Shown: positions 26,576 through 40,198 of the stretch, in pieces | Position numbering within the stretch: the stretch's first letter is position 1 | Layout: each line of letters starts with the position of its first letter | Position numbers and translations under genes: made by a program | Source of the DNA: Octopus bimaculoides | Lineage: Eukaryota | Direction: 5' to 3' | NCBI RefSeq assembly: GCF_001194135.2 | Contig: NC_068999.1 | Location: 4,438,331 to 4,497,256 of the forward strand | Length of the DNA: 58,926 nt | The notes under the pieces: model-generated | Told to the model about the DNA's origin: nothing | Databases searched by the model: none | The model's input: the letters and a program-made list of their open reading frames with translations, nothing else

Positions 26576-28249
26576 TAAATAGAAAGATAGATAGATAGAC
26601 ATACACGCACACACATATATATGTATATACACATGTATATAGGTGTGTATATACATGTGTATATGTTCGTATGCATGTATTCGCGTATGCATGTGTTTAT
26701 GTATGTATGTTTAGTGAGAAGTTGTTGTGTTATTGTGATAAACGATGACAACACATAGAAGATGTAATGATTGTGGTTATGATATATTGTCAGAACGAGT
26801 GACATGGCATAATAGCAGCAGCAGCAACAACAACAACAACAACAATAGCTGCAACACCAAGAAAACAGGTACATCGTGAGCAATTGTCGTAACGTGAACA
26901 ACGTGTCATAGAAAACGGGTGCGCACACACACACACGCTTCTCCTGGTATCATTATTATCTTAACTTCCACTTTTCCATGCTGGCATGCATCAGACGGAA
27001 TTCGTTGAGCCAAAATTTCTCTGCCCGGATGCTATTCCTGTCGCCAAACCTCAACTGTTTCGAAATAATGTGATAATACACCATGGACAGGTAGAGTTAG
27101 CGACTGCGACAAACCAGGGCTTTTTGAATTACTGATAGACTCATTCAGTAGGGCTTTTCTTCTATCCAATTTCATTTATNNNNNNNNNNNNNNNNNNNNN
27201 NNNNNNNNNNNNNNNNNNNNNNNNNNNNNNNNNNNNNNNNNNNNNNNNNNNNNNNNNNNNNNNNNNNNNNNNNNNNNNNNNNNNNNNNNNNNNNNNNNNN
27301 NNNNNNNNNNNNNNNNNNNNNNNNNNNNNNNNNNNNNNNNNNNNNNNNNNNNNNNNNNNNNNNNNNNNNNNNNNNNNNNNNNNNNNNNNNNNNNNNNNNN
27401 NNNNNNNNNNNNNNNNNNNNNNNNNNNNNNNNNNNNNNNNNNNNNNNNNNNNNNNNNNNNNNNNNNNNNNNNNNNNNNNNNNNNNNNNNNNNNNNNNNNN
27501 NNNNNNNNNNNNNNNNNNNNNNNNNNNNNNNNNNNNNNNNNNNNNNNNNNNNNNNNNNNNNNNNNNNNNNNNNNNNNNNNNNNNNNNNNNNNNNNNNNNN
27601 NNNNNNNNNNNNNNNNNNNNNNNNNNNNNNNNNNNNNNNNNNNNNNNNNNNNNNNNNNNNNNNNNNNNNNNNNNNNNNNNNNNNNNNNNNNNNNNNNNNN
27701 NNNNNNNNNNNNNNNNNNNNNNNNNNNNNNNNNNNNNNNNNNNNNNNNNNNNNNNNNNNNNNNNNNNNNNNNNNNNNNNNNNNNNNNNNNNNNNNNNNNN
27801 NNNNNNNNNNNNNNNNNNNNNNNNNNNNNNNNNNNNNNNNNNNNNNNNNNNNNNNNNNNNNNNNNNNNNNNNNNNNNNNNNNNNNNNNNNNNNNNNNNNN
27901 NNNNNNNNNNNNNNNNNNNNNNNNNNNNNNNNNNNNNNNNNNNNNNNNNNNNNNNNNNNNNNNNNNNNNNNNNNNNNNNNNNNNNNNNNNNNNNNNNNNN
28001 NNNNNNNNNNNNNNNNNNNNNNNNNNNNNNNNNNNNNNNNNNNNNNNNNNNNNNNNNNNNNNNNNNNNNNNNNNNNNNNNNNNNNNNNNNNNNNNNNNNN
28101 NNNNNNNNNNNNNNNNNNNNNNNNNNNNNNNNNAAGCAAATTATTAATGTAAGGGAGATAATTTAAAAAGTTGTAGACGAGTTATTTCCCTTTGATCATA
28201 GTCTCCAAAATTCGTTTAGGTATTTTGATGTAAAAAAGAAATAATATTT

Positions 28250-28460
28250 CTTTATTGTCCACGGCGGGGACAAACATAGAGGAGACAAACAAGGACAGAC
28301 AAAGGGATTAAGTCAATTACATCGACCCCAGTGCGTAACTGGTACTTAATTTATCGACCCTGAAAGGATGAAAGGCAAAGTCGATCTCGACGGAATTTCA
28401 ACTCAGAACATAAAGACAGACGAAATATTGTCAAGCATTTCTCCCGGCGTGTTCGCCGCC
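28250..28460 (-). mobile_element. SINE family C
   Basis: GGTACTTAATTTATCGACCCTGAAAGGATGAAAGGCAAAGTCGA..AACTCAGAAC is the reverse complement of the 2622 copy. Confidence 0.82.
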
Positions 28461-28966
28461 TCAGTATAAATAGGGGGGGCGGGGAATGATCAAATGCAAC
28501 AAATGCGATAAAACCTTTGACAATCTGTCTGTGCACCAATGTCTGTTCCACTTTCTGATCATTCCTTAACCGAAGACACACACAGGCATTTATGCGTGCG
28601 TGCACGAATATGCCTGGTGATGATAGTTCCCATCTGTCGGGTCCCCTGTTTGAAGATAGTGGAATGGCTTGTAGATATATAGACTAGCTGTGAATACTCA
28701 ATAAGCAGTCTTGGACAAAATCACGGACTGCCCTTTGGCAAAGGCATATCACCCGTTAGCCACCGGGTGATGTGGAAAATACTCGCTTTGGCTATAATAC
28801 TCAAATTTTGCTAATTTTAAAGGCTAATAACTTTTTAATCATGGATTTATAGGAAAAACGAATTTTATTTTCATAATTAGTATACAAAACTTAATCCATG
28901 TATCAAATTTGAGCACAATTTGAACCAAATTGTAGACAGTGGCGAAAACCAAAAAGATCTGGGCTT

Positions 28967-29110
28967 CTTTCAGTTTCCGTCTACCACATTCTCTCACAAT
29001 GCTTTGGTTGGCCCAAGACAATAGTAGAAGACACCCAAGTTGCCATACTGTAGGACTGAACCCAGATCCATGCGCTAGGGAAGCAAACTTCTTTCCACAT
29101 AGTCACGCCT
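28967..29110 (-). mobile_element. SINE family A 5' half, diverged
   Basis: GGGCTTCTTTCAGTTTCCGTCTACC..GGACTGAACCC. Confidence 0.75.
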
Positions 29111-29617
29111 ACGACTGTATATTTTAATTTTAAAGCTTTTTATTAATTAAAATCTCAGGGTTATCTCCCTTGTGTAGTATTTCTCTTTATCACAATTAGC
29201 AATTTAAATAATGAATTTTCTCGTCATTAAAACTGTAATTAAATTAATTAATCTCGCTTGTCTATTAGTGTCTGCTTTACTAAAATATTGGTGTGACTTT
29301 GACCTTTGGCCAGGTCAATTGGTGGTTTAATTTTGTAGAAGGGCGACACACAGACAGTGCCACAAGATTTCACTATGGAACAGGAAAATTCGTAATTGTG
29401 TGATTAGCTGTTGTATTGTGTAGAACTGTGTGTGTATGTGTGTGTTTGCTTTGTGTGTCTGCGCGCGCGCGTAGAACTGTGTGTGAAGTAATTAACTAAT
29501 TACGTCATTAATTAATTAAGTCTACAGAATTTTTCCTGCCATTTAAAGACGATTTCCATGTTTCCTGTCTAATGATTGTATGTATGTATGTATGCATGTA
29601 TGTATGTGTATACATAC

Positions 29618-29665
<48 letters not shown>

Positions 29666-29768
29666 TATATGTTTGTGTGGTGTGTGTGTATAAGTGTCTT
29701 TGTATGTGTGTGTATGAGAGCATGCTCGTGCTTGTGCATATGTGTGCGTATGTACATATGTGTATATG

Positions 29769-29805
<37 letters not shown>

Positions 29806-31303
29806 ATATATATATATATATGTATGTATAATAATACAAATGATATGTGNNNNNNNNNNTCTGTATATATATATATATATATGTATGTATAATAATACAA
29901 ATGATATGTGAGCATATGCATATATACATACATATATGTACATACCTACATCTACATGCATATATAGATACATATCCGGGTACAGGACGTCAAAAACATT
30001 TGTCAAAAAAGGAACGGGAACATGAACAAAGCACAAAAAACGAACTTTTTTTCGGACAACAGAATGAACACATAGGAAATCAGACAAGCCACATATGGAA
30101 CTTTTCCTTCATCAGCTGCCTCTATTCTAAACTAGGCGTTTCGAAGATGAGGCAGAACGAGCTCTTAGAATAGCTCTTCCCGCGAAGCAAATTTTGTGAA
30201 ACCTGCTATGCGGAGGTTTCCAAAGTAGCAAACAGAAACCAACACAAGCGAAAACAAACGCTGAGGGCCGTTAGGCCGAATGAGATGAGATACTGAAATG
30301 GAGAGGAATTTACTTTGGGGTCGAGCGACCTTGAAGAGAATTCCTGCTTGGGTCGTGTAAGAAATAGCAACCAAATCTCTTTTAAACCACACAATACTGT
30401 GATAAAAAAAAGGAAGGACACTTTAGATGAAGTAATCCTAGGTATACGATGTTCAAAAATTAATGAAATCAAAGATATGAGCTTGTGTTCTGTTAAAATT
30501 TCGTTCAAATGCGAGATGTCTTCAAAGGGAACTCGTTCGTTGATTGGTATTTCATTTTATGAACCCCAAAAGGACAAAAGGTTAAATTTTAACTTCGGCA
30601 GGAATTGGAAACACCGAATTTAACCAAAGCTGTATTTTTGTCCGACGTTTTAACGATATTACCACTTGAGGCGGCTGCAGGAAAAACTGTTTGGTCAGAG
30701 GTCAAGTGGAACCTGTCTGTCTTGTGGCTGAAGAAACCTCAGCAACGACGGCTTCATTAATAAGAACACCAGCGACAACAACAACAACAACAACAACAAT
30801 AAATAATGGCTAAACTATTCTGTTGTAAACTTAAGAATTACAAATGGTTCCGTCCAATTCTAAACATATCTTTAACAACCTCATTCACGTCGTATTTTTT
30901 TCCCTTCCTTCCACGTGACGTTGCTTAATGTCTGACCTTGCATGTAATTCCAAACAAAACCATTCTAACGATCTCAGTGTGACGAATTCATCCAAATGAT
31001 TTGTCGGTGTCCGTTTTACCCAAACCGAATTCTTCGATTTTCATTCTGCCATTCTTCACTCTGTGACTCTTACCGAATTATTTACTCATTCTTCAATGTT
31101 GTTCGCTTCAACGATTTCACAAACGAAGCGTAGATTTCTGTTTTGTTTTATTCTCACCAACAGTTCGCAAAATCATCTCTCATTAGCACAAAAGACAGAT
31201 TCTACCGTTTTGTCGGACACATTACGTCACTGAACTAGTCTGTCTGTTTGACTGTCTATCTGTCTGTCTGTCCATCCTGTCTGCATCTCTGACTGTCCGT
31301 CCG

Positions 31304-31359
<56 letters not shown>

Positions 31360-31524
31360 CCTATCTATCTATCTGTCTGTCTGTCTGTCTGTCCATCCAT
31401 CCTCGATGATAACATTACAGATGTGATCATAGCCATAATGATTATAGTGGTGGCTGTAGTTTAGGCTGTAGTGATATCTGATGAAGTGGTTGTACTGTTG
31501 TTGTTGTTGCTGTTATTGTTAATT

Positions 31525-31565
<41 letters not shown>

Positions 31566-32114
31566 CTTCTTCTTCTTCTTCTTCTTCTTCTTCTTCTTCT
31601 TCTTCTTCTTCTTCTTCTTCATCTATACACCAGCAGCCCCTAAATTAGTCTTTGCAAGCAGCGTCACCGGTTACAACTGCAGCCGTTCCTCCAGTGCTGC
31701 CATCTTAAAATATGTATTAGTATTTATGCTCTTCTATTATTAACTTTCAAAATGGATTCTTCTTAATCTACCAAACCTGGAATCATTGTCGTCAGTTGCT
31801 ACTTTGACATTCCATCGATGCTGCCTTACAGGATATTCTACGAGGATTCATCGTTTTTTCTTTTCGATGTTGTTCCGTAATTATCTGCCATTCCAAACGG
31901 TTCTTCAACCTGTCAGCTTTGATATGTTACCAAAGCTTCAATTCTTTCGATTCTGGTTCCAGTTGATTCCATTTGGTGTCAAAAGTAAAAGTGTGGCTTA
32001 TCCTTCGGAGACGGTATCGCCACACGGAAACTAATTTGTTCGGCAATTTCCGTAAAGTGTTTTTTATTTCTTCAAATTTTTTTTCATCTCACACGTACAT
32101 ACATGCATGGACAT

Positions 32115-32446
32115 TGTTGGCACTCCGTCGAGGGTTCCAGTTGATCCGATCAACGGAACAGTCTGCTCGTGTACCCTTAACGTAGTTCTTGGGGATATTC
32201 AGCGTGACACAGTGTGACAAGGCTGGCCCCTTTGAAGTACAGGTACAACAGAAACAGGAAGTAAGAGTGAGAGAAAGTTGTGGTGAAAGAGTACATCAGG
32301 GTTCGCCACCATCCCCTGCCGGAGCCTCGTGGAGCTTTAGGTGTTTTCCGCTCAATAAACACTCACAACGCCCGGTCTGGTAATCGAAACCGCGATCCTA
32401 TGACCGCGAGTCCGCTGCCCTAACCACTGGGCCATTGCGCCTACAC
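32115..32446 (-). mobile_element. SINE family B, second copy with two internal deletions and a 12-bp TSD (1 mismatch)
   Basis: Colinear with the 19246 copy; flanks ATGCATGGACAT (32103-32114) and ATACATGGACAT (32447-32458). Confidence 0.9.
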
Positions 32447-33544
32447 ATACATGGACATAAACATACATATACTTACNNNNNNNNNNNNNNNNNNNNNNNN
32501 NNNNNNNNNNNNNNNNNNNNNNNNNNNNNNNNNNNNNNNNNNNNNNNNNNNNNNNNNNNNNNNNNNNNNNNNNNNNNNNNNNNNNNNNNNNNNNNNNNNN
32601 NNNNNNNNNNNNNNNNNNNNNNNNNNNNNNNNNNNNNNNNNNNNNNNNNNNNNNNNNNNNNNNNNNNNNNNNNNNNNNNNNNNNNNNNNNNNNNNNNNNN
32701 NNNNNNNNNNNNNNNNNNNNNNNNNNNNNNNNNNNNNNNNNNNNNNNNNNNNNNNNNNNNNNNNNNNNNNNNNNNNNNNNNNNNNNNNNNNNNNNNNNNN
32801 NNNNNNNNNNNNNNNNNNNNNNNNNNNNNCTCAGGTATTTCAAAAGCAAACTATACTTTAATTATCTCTTTAAAGAAGGATCTAATTATCTCTTATCCGA
32901 AAGAAGGACAGTAAGAAGGTAACGAATGACAAAAGAGAGTCGGAAAACTAGAAGGGGCTGGTGTTAAGGGGCCGAATATTCAAAAGAAATCCCAATCCTG
33001 AGATGTAAAAGAACAGTATACGAGTGGATGGTCAGAAGTGTCGGCCAGAAGTGTCGCCTTCTGATTGATTTGACCTTGGGGCAGGCTTTTGTGAGACCCG
33101 AGATGTTACAGCCTCGAGACCTACCAGAGTCATCACGGCAGTTGTGTAGTGTTGGCAGACACTGTACTGAACTGACAGAAATACAATACTACGAGTAAAA
33201 ACAGTGTCTGAGAGGCCAGTCTGGAGGTTCAGGGAATTATGGAAAAATATAATTTACAAATGAAGACTGAGCCTTTATCTCCAAAGCAACCACGTTTTGT
33301 CTTAAAGGACCACAAACCAAACTTCTTCAATAACCCAACTCGCCGTCTTATCTGTCATTTCCAGATCGGGTATCGATATACTGAGCAAAAATATTCTGGA
33401 TAAATATATTCCTTCATTAAGGAAAATACTTAAACTTAGTGCCCTTTAGACTAGTAAATATATATGTATCTGTATACATATGTTGCGTGTATGTGTATAT
33501 GTGTGTGTGTATGCGTGCGTGCGTGTGCGCATTTGCATATATAC

Positions 33545-33619
<75 letters not shown>

Positions 33620-34182
33620 GGGATAAAAATCCAAATTGACAGGTAAAAACTCAATTAAATCGATGAGTTCATGAACCTTGGTTCTTTTCCCTNNNNNNNN
33701 NNNNNNNNNNNNNNNNNNNNNNNNNNNNNNNNNNNNNNTATATATGTGTGTGTATACATATAATTAAGGGATCAGCAAAATATTTGCTTCACCATATACC
33801 GAAGTTCAGAAAAATAGCAGCTAAAAAAGCTGAGAATCTCACAGATAGCATCACTTGTAACTCACAATATGTATATATATATGTATATATATATGTATAT
33901 ATATATATGTATATACACACACGCGCATATGGATGTACTCAGCCATTATTTTTTATGAGGGTAGTATGTGATTTGAGGGAATTTAAGTGTTATTTCTAAC
34001 AGATCCAGTGACTGCTTAAAAAAAATTCCCTCCGCGTAATTGTGTTGAAGTTATTGTTAGAAGTAGGTGTGGTGCTCGTGGTGCTGGTGGTGGTGGTGGT
34101 GGTAGTGGTCGAGTCGGTAAGAGAGAGAGTAAGCTTCCCTTTCTTTCTCTGTCTTGTTATTGTTCAAAGCTTCACTATCCCA

Positions 34183-34569
34183 CAGGTAGATGTCAGGCTG
34201 ATCGTGTCACATGACCAATGCTTGCCTATTATACCTATGTGAGTCCACAGGTAAAAAAAAAAGAAAAGCTAATTAGGTCAGGTAAGTTTCCTCACGTAGA
34301 TTCAACCGGATTTAAAGAAAAATAACCACAACAGAGGAAACAGACTTTCTATCTCTCACAGGGACCACTTTTACAAACACCCCTCTTCGGACAGTTCATG
34401 TAAAAACTTTTATATATATATATCCGCAGGGGGTTCGAACAGGTGCGCGTTAACGGACTGTTCAGTTTTAAATGAAAAACATGTAGATGTTTTGACATCC
34501 AGGTAGGCAGACTTTCTGTTGCTCTTTTGTATATTAACTATGATTGTTACTCATCAGCTCGACAGGTAG
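34183..34569 (+). promoter_or_regulatory. Cluster of six same-strand CAGGT(A/G) motifs 0.4-0.8 kb upstream of the bark-like ATG
   Basis: CAGGTAG at 34183, 34500 and 34563; CAGGTAA at 34248 and 34279; CAGGTG at 34440. Function unresolved: splice donors/U1 sites or transcription-factor sites. Confidence 0.4.
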
Positions 34570-34962
34570 GTACTCACTAACTAGGGCATCTCAACTGAAT
34601 GACCCTCTAAACAAGATCACAGCGACCCACATTACTTATTACCATCAGTATTTATTATTATTATTATTAATAACTACTACTTCCACCATTCCATATTTTT
34701 AATAATCGTTGTCGCGATGGAAGTTGAAAACTTAAAAACAATTCATTGTTTTAGACGAAGTATGTCTCCTTGACGAGTGACCCGGATTAAAAAACCTAAC
34801 TTTCGTTTCTTTCCAGTTATTTTTTTTTTATTATCATTGAAAAGCAATCGCTTCCAGTATAGTGATCAATATATATTTATTTATTTATTTATATTTCAGT
34901 CACTGTACTAATATATACACATATATACTCGGGGAAAGAAGTTCCACCCGTAGACAGGAAGC

Positions 34963-35343
34963 ATGGCGAAATACCTGGTATTACTCTGTAATGTCTGCCT
35001 CGGCCTTCTCGTCTGTATTTCCGTTTCCCCGTTGTTGCGGGTTCAAGCCCGAGAAGGAATAACACCTCCACCGAGAACAGGCGATGGTAAACCAATTGTA
35101 GCCAACGGAAGAATATATTATCTCGACTATATACCCAAGCGATGTCGAACCCCGATTATAACGAGGTACCCGTACGGGGGACGCGTAGACCAACCCCGAG
35201 CTTTAATGAAAAAGGACAATCCTCACAAAATTAAAGGATCCATACAAATTGCTCCCAGTGGTTGCTTATACATCGAACCGGGCTGTCGTTTAGAGTTCGC
35301 TCCTGGTCAAGGACTTATCGTCAATGGTACCCTCATTGCTAGG
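34963..35343 (+). CDS. bark: bark-like exon 1: signal peptide + first beta-rich lead domain
   Basis: ATG in AGCATGG context; hydrophobic [29 protein letters not shown]; [42 protein letters not shown]; donor AGG|GTAAGT at 35344, phase 0. Confidence 0.9.
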
Positions 35344-35478
35344 GTAAGTAATATTCTTGTTATTCATATGCTTGTCGGTTTGATCTGGCGTTCTCATGGC
35401 TTGATATTTATGTCTATGTATGTATGCATGTATGTATGTATGCATGTATGTATGTATGTGTGTGTGTATGTATGTATG

Positions 35479-35536
<58 letters not shown>

Positions 35537-36619
35537 GTTTTCCATGCAGTATTTCTGTTTAGACATGCCTGTTCTGATTTTGCAGACATATGATCGAAGC
35601 TTTTCCATTTCTTATTCAGCCACAGTTTATCTAGGACTCTATAATTTAGTGTGCCCTTGTTTTATGATGGTGGGGAAATTTGCTGCTATTTCGTGCAGGT
35701 ACTGACCACATGGAGCCACCTTAGTTGTTTTATCCATGAAAGTTGTCATAGAGTACATATGGAGTACACTCGTTGCCATTAGCAGAGCTGATCTGTACTC
35801 TTGGACAATCCTTATCTCCATTGTTTCTCATGACTCAACAGCCAGCACTTGTCTTCTACTGTTGCTAATGACAAACAACCAATCCTTATATCTATCTTTT
35901 GCTAACGATCCAACAATCGATATGTCTCAAATGTTGCTAACAAAATCGAACCATTCTCATGAGAAATCCAAGCATTCACACAACCATTATCTTCAGGTCT
36001 TGCCAGTGTTACTAATTCTCTGAGAACACTAAGTGTCAATCTTGTACACCTACAGAGACTTACCCAAGGCGCCGCACAGTGGTGCTACCAGCTGTGTATT
36101 CCAAGATGTCATTCATGGACTCTCCACGATTGTATCAGGTTGATGCATAATAAATTTTATTCAACAAAATATTTAAACAAAGCGCCAAGCAGAAATTGAA
36201 GTAGATGGTGAATATGCTCCGGAATAATCATTTAAGGATGTTTTTGTTACATGTTATTGCTTTTGTTGAATAAAATTTGTCGAAAAAGACTGCAATAATT
36301 ATGCACCAACCCAATATTTCATTTGGTGCTACTTCATGTGATTCAAAGAAGAACCAGCTCTTACATTAGAATTGCACTAATTTTTTTTTTCTTTGAAGAA
36401 CTCTTAGAGAAACAGTTTGGAACATAAAGTAAGAATATTTAATACATCTAAATGAAATAAATCTGTTTTTTGTCTTTAAATTCATCTAAAAAGATTTCAA
36501 AAATTATCTAAACTTCATTGTGCATATTTTTATCTATTTTTAAAAATATAACTTGTAATGGAATCCATTAACCATTTCCAATTCTATATGGCCTAACATT
36601 GCCAGAGTGTCATTCCTAT

Positions 36620-36717
<98 letters not shown>

Positions 36718-37132
36718 TCCTTAGAGTATCCAGAGTAAATAGCCAAAGAAGGTCAGTAACATCATCCCTGTCACAGTTCCCCATTGATATGGTCAACAGT
36801 GAGTCATCTTCCCTTTTTATTCAGGAGGAATGATCAGGAACTAACACTGACTCTCACAGGCATTCATCAGAATTCTGATATTGAGGTTGCTATTTTAGTG
36901 TGTGTGTGTGTGTGTGTATACACACACCATTGTCCAGCCAGCCACCATGATTGACCGCTAGCTCCTAAAGTTTTTTTATTCTCTCTCTGTTTATTTTTTT
37001 GTGTTCCTTTCTGATGAAGAGCATAGGCTTGAAATGTAAAAGTCTTTCTCACCTTCCCAAGCGTTAAACTAATACACCTGTTTGTTGTTTATACACCTGT
37101 GTTTGTCTTTTGACTTCCTGTAAATTTCAACT

Positions 37133-37198
<66 letters not shown>

Positions 37199-37949
37199 AA
37201 ACAGGAAGTTGGAAAATGCTTTGGTATTATTAATTTACCATTACACATGTTTCGTTTACTATTAGGAATTACAAAATTGAACATGTAGGAGAAATATGGT
37301 AGATACCTCTTACATATACAATTTTGTAATTGCTGTTAGCAAATGAAACATGTGTAATGGTGAATATGTAATACCAAAAATTTTTCCAACTTCTTTTAAT
37401 GTAGAATAAACTCTGTAAGCAATATTTCTAGAATGTTCAACTCTAACATGGACCTCACGTAAATATAGCAATTCCATGTTGGAATGTAATATTGGAATAA
37501 ATAGATGTGCTTCAAGGGGACTGATCTTGGGATTTTGCCATTCTTACATTGTGTGTACATGTGTATTAATATATAGAAGGGATTGAAATCTAACTGTATC
37601 CTCATCAGGCTCTTCTGCAGGTTCTGGTTATCAATTGTCTATTTGTAGATGGTGTGTGTGCATGCATGCATATGTGTTTGTGTGTTTATGTATAATTTTC
37701 TTGTGTCTAATTCTATACAGGGAAGTGAAGAGGTTGGTGGACGGATTGTGTTTACGAAGGATCGTGACTACGACGACGTCATTGGGAAGGAACGAACCTG
37801 GAGGACAGATGCTCGTCTTGTGGATGGAAATACGACAATGGACGGGAGGTTAGAGTTGTTGCATCAGCAGAAATGGCGGGGCGTTTGTACCAATTACAAC
37901 AAGTAAGTAGTGCTGTGGTGGTGCTAGTAGAATGTGGTTGGTGATACAT

Positions 37950-37986
<37 letters not shown>

Positions 37987-40127
37987 TATAGTCTGAGACC
38001 GACCAAAGCCTTGTGAGTGGATTTCGTACACAGAAACTGAAAGAAGATTGTCATATATATGTGTGTATTTGTGTGTGTTTGTACTCCCACCATCGCTAGA
38101 CAACTGATGTTGCTGTGTTTACGTCCTCATAACGTAGCCATCTAACCCATGCCAGCATGGAAACCGGACGTTAAATGATGATGATGGTACGTACGTATGT
38201 GTGTGTGTAGATGTGTCTTTGTGCCTGGGTTTGCCCCCCTCCCCACCTCCCACAACCTCTTGACAACCAGTGTTTGTATGTTTATGTCCCTGTGACTTAG
38301 TGTTTTGCAAATGAGACTGGAACAGTAAGTTCCAGGTTTAAAAGAATCCAGCTGAAAAGTGTGAGGATGGCTGCTTCTGATGGGACTGTATAGAAGAGGT
38401 ACCTGAGGACTGTGCCTCCACAATGCTTCCAGAAATAGTGGTCAGAGAAAATAGATGGACAATGTGTGATATTGACCTGGCAAGGGTCTTTCATACAGTG
38501 CTCACCTACAACCCATGACCCCTAGCTAATCACTGATAGTCTATACGTAAACAGGCGTATTACCTCCCTTTAATATCCATTCTTCTTTCAGCTTTACCAA
38601 AGAAGATGCAAATGTGACTTGTCGACACTTGGGGTTCCTCAAAGGCAACTTTACTTACCATTCATTCTCTCAGAATGTCTCGGATTACCTACTGTTCGAA
38701 AAACCAAACTGTACAGGCAGTGAGGATTCTCTCACAGAATGTTCTGGATGGACAACCATCAAAGCAGGCCTACATATCTGTGGTAAGTTGGCTGAGTCTA
38801 AAATCACTTCTGAAGATAAATAAATTTAAACTTGGCATTGCTGAGACACGTTGCACATGTAAACAATAACCTATCTTTCTAGTGCTAAGGGGTCGATAAC
38901 TTATATTGTGGAGATGTCATATATATAAACACACATGCGTGCACACACACACATACACACACACACACACACTCACATCCATATACATACACATGCATTC
39001 ACATCCATACACACACACACTCACACACAATTTAAACATTATGAATATTTTTATTCAGTAAATTTATCAAACAGTGATATAATCAAAGAATTTTCAAATT
39101 TTTTAAAAATTGCAGATGGTCAGCAGACAATCGGATTTGAATGTGAAGGTTTCCAGCCTGGCATTGCCATAACGCATTGGCGGGGTATTGAGTTCTATAA
39201 TTCTTCCACACAAGTCGTCACTAATGAACCAACCAACACCAAGATGGAGGAATCTGATTCCAGTATTTGGTACTCTGACGTAGAGTTTGCAGGTTTGGAT
39301 GTCTTCCGTGAAGGAGTACTGGGCATTAACCATCCATATGCCTCTATTAGCGCCAGTCCTTTTGTGCCATTCATGGACAATGTCACAATATCCAACGGAG
39401 CCTATGATGCTTTAAATCTCACTTATATTCTTGGCAAAGTCAACATAGAAAATTGTACAATTCAAAATAATAGAGGTGAGTTGATGTTTTCATTCTTCAC
39501 TTTCTTGTCATTGAGCTATAGCCCAAGAACAGAATTGCCTCTAAGAGTCTTCTCAAAATCAGATTAAACTGATGCGAGGCTTGTAATATATGTTATAAAG
39601 AGGCCAATTCATTGTGGCGTGTTTAGTTCTTATTTCAGTTCAATGTGACAGCCATTTGCTTTCTTTACTAGTTCAATCCATTTACAAAATGATGCAGATG
39701 CCTTAACTCTATTTTTTTGTCCATTGTCTGGAAATCTTTTGTCACACATCCTGTGACCTCTTCAGTGACTCTCCATCCCATGTGTCTCCACCTGTTCTGT
39801 CCCCCCCCAAAAAAAATGACCATCCCAAAATATAACGATGTCTGTTTTTAACTCATGATTTCACATCAGGAATTTTGCAAAACAAATACACACAAACACA
39901 CATGAGAGGTGCTGAAAAGTTCCTGCCTTTAAAGGTATCATGAAGGGCCTGGTTGGAGGCCCAACCTTCTGAGTTCTTATACAGGTCTTAGATGAACTGG
40001 AGGGCTGGTACAGTAAGTGAGGGGAATCTGAGAAGGGAATATGTTGAATAAACTCATATTTAACTGATCCGCTTGTATTTTCTTTTGCTCAAAGCCACTA
40101 ACTTTACAGCACCCCCTCATATATGTA

Positions 40128-40198
<71 letters not shown>

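Noticed and set aside
29799-29910. 51-bp direct duplication on either side of a 10-N gap
   Set aside because: Typical unmerged contig overlap; an assembly artefact rather than biology
30100-30285. Hammerhead-like fragments (minus-strand GAAACG..CTGATGAAGG; plus-strand CTGAGGGCC-GTTA-GGCCGAA) and a similar one near 13000-13110
   Set aside because: Core nucleotides are missing or in non-functional order; at most decayed Penelope relics
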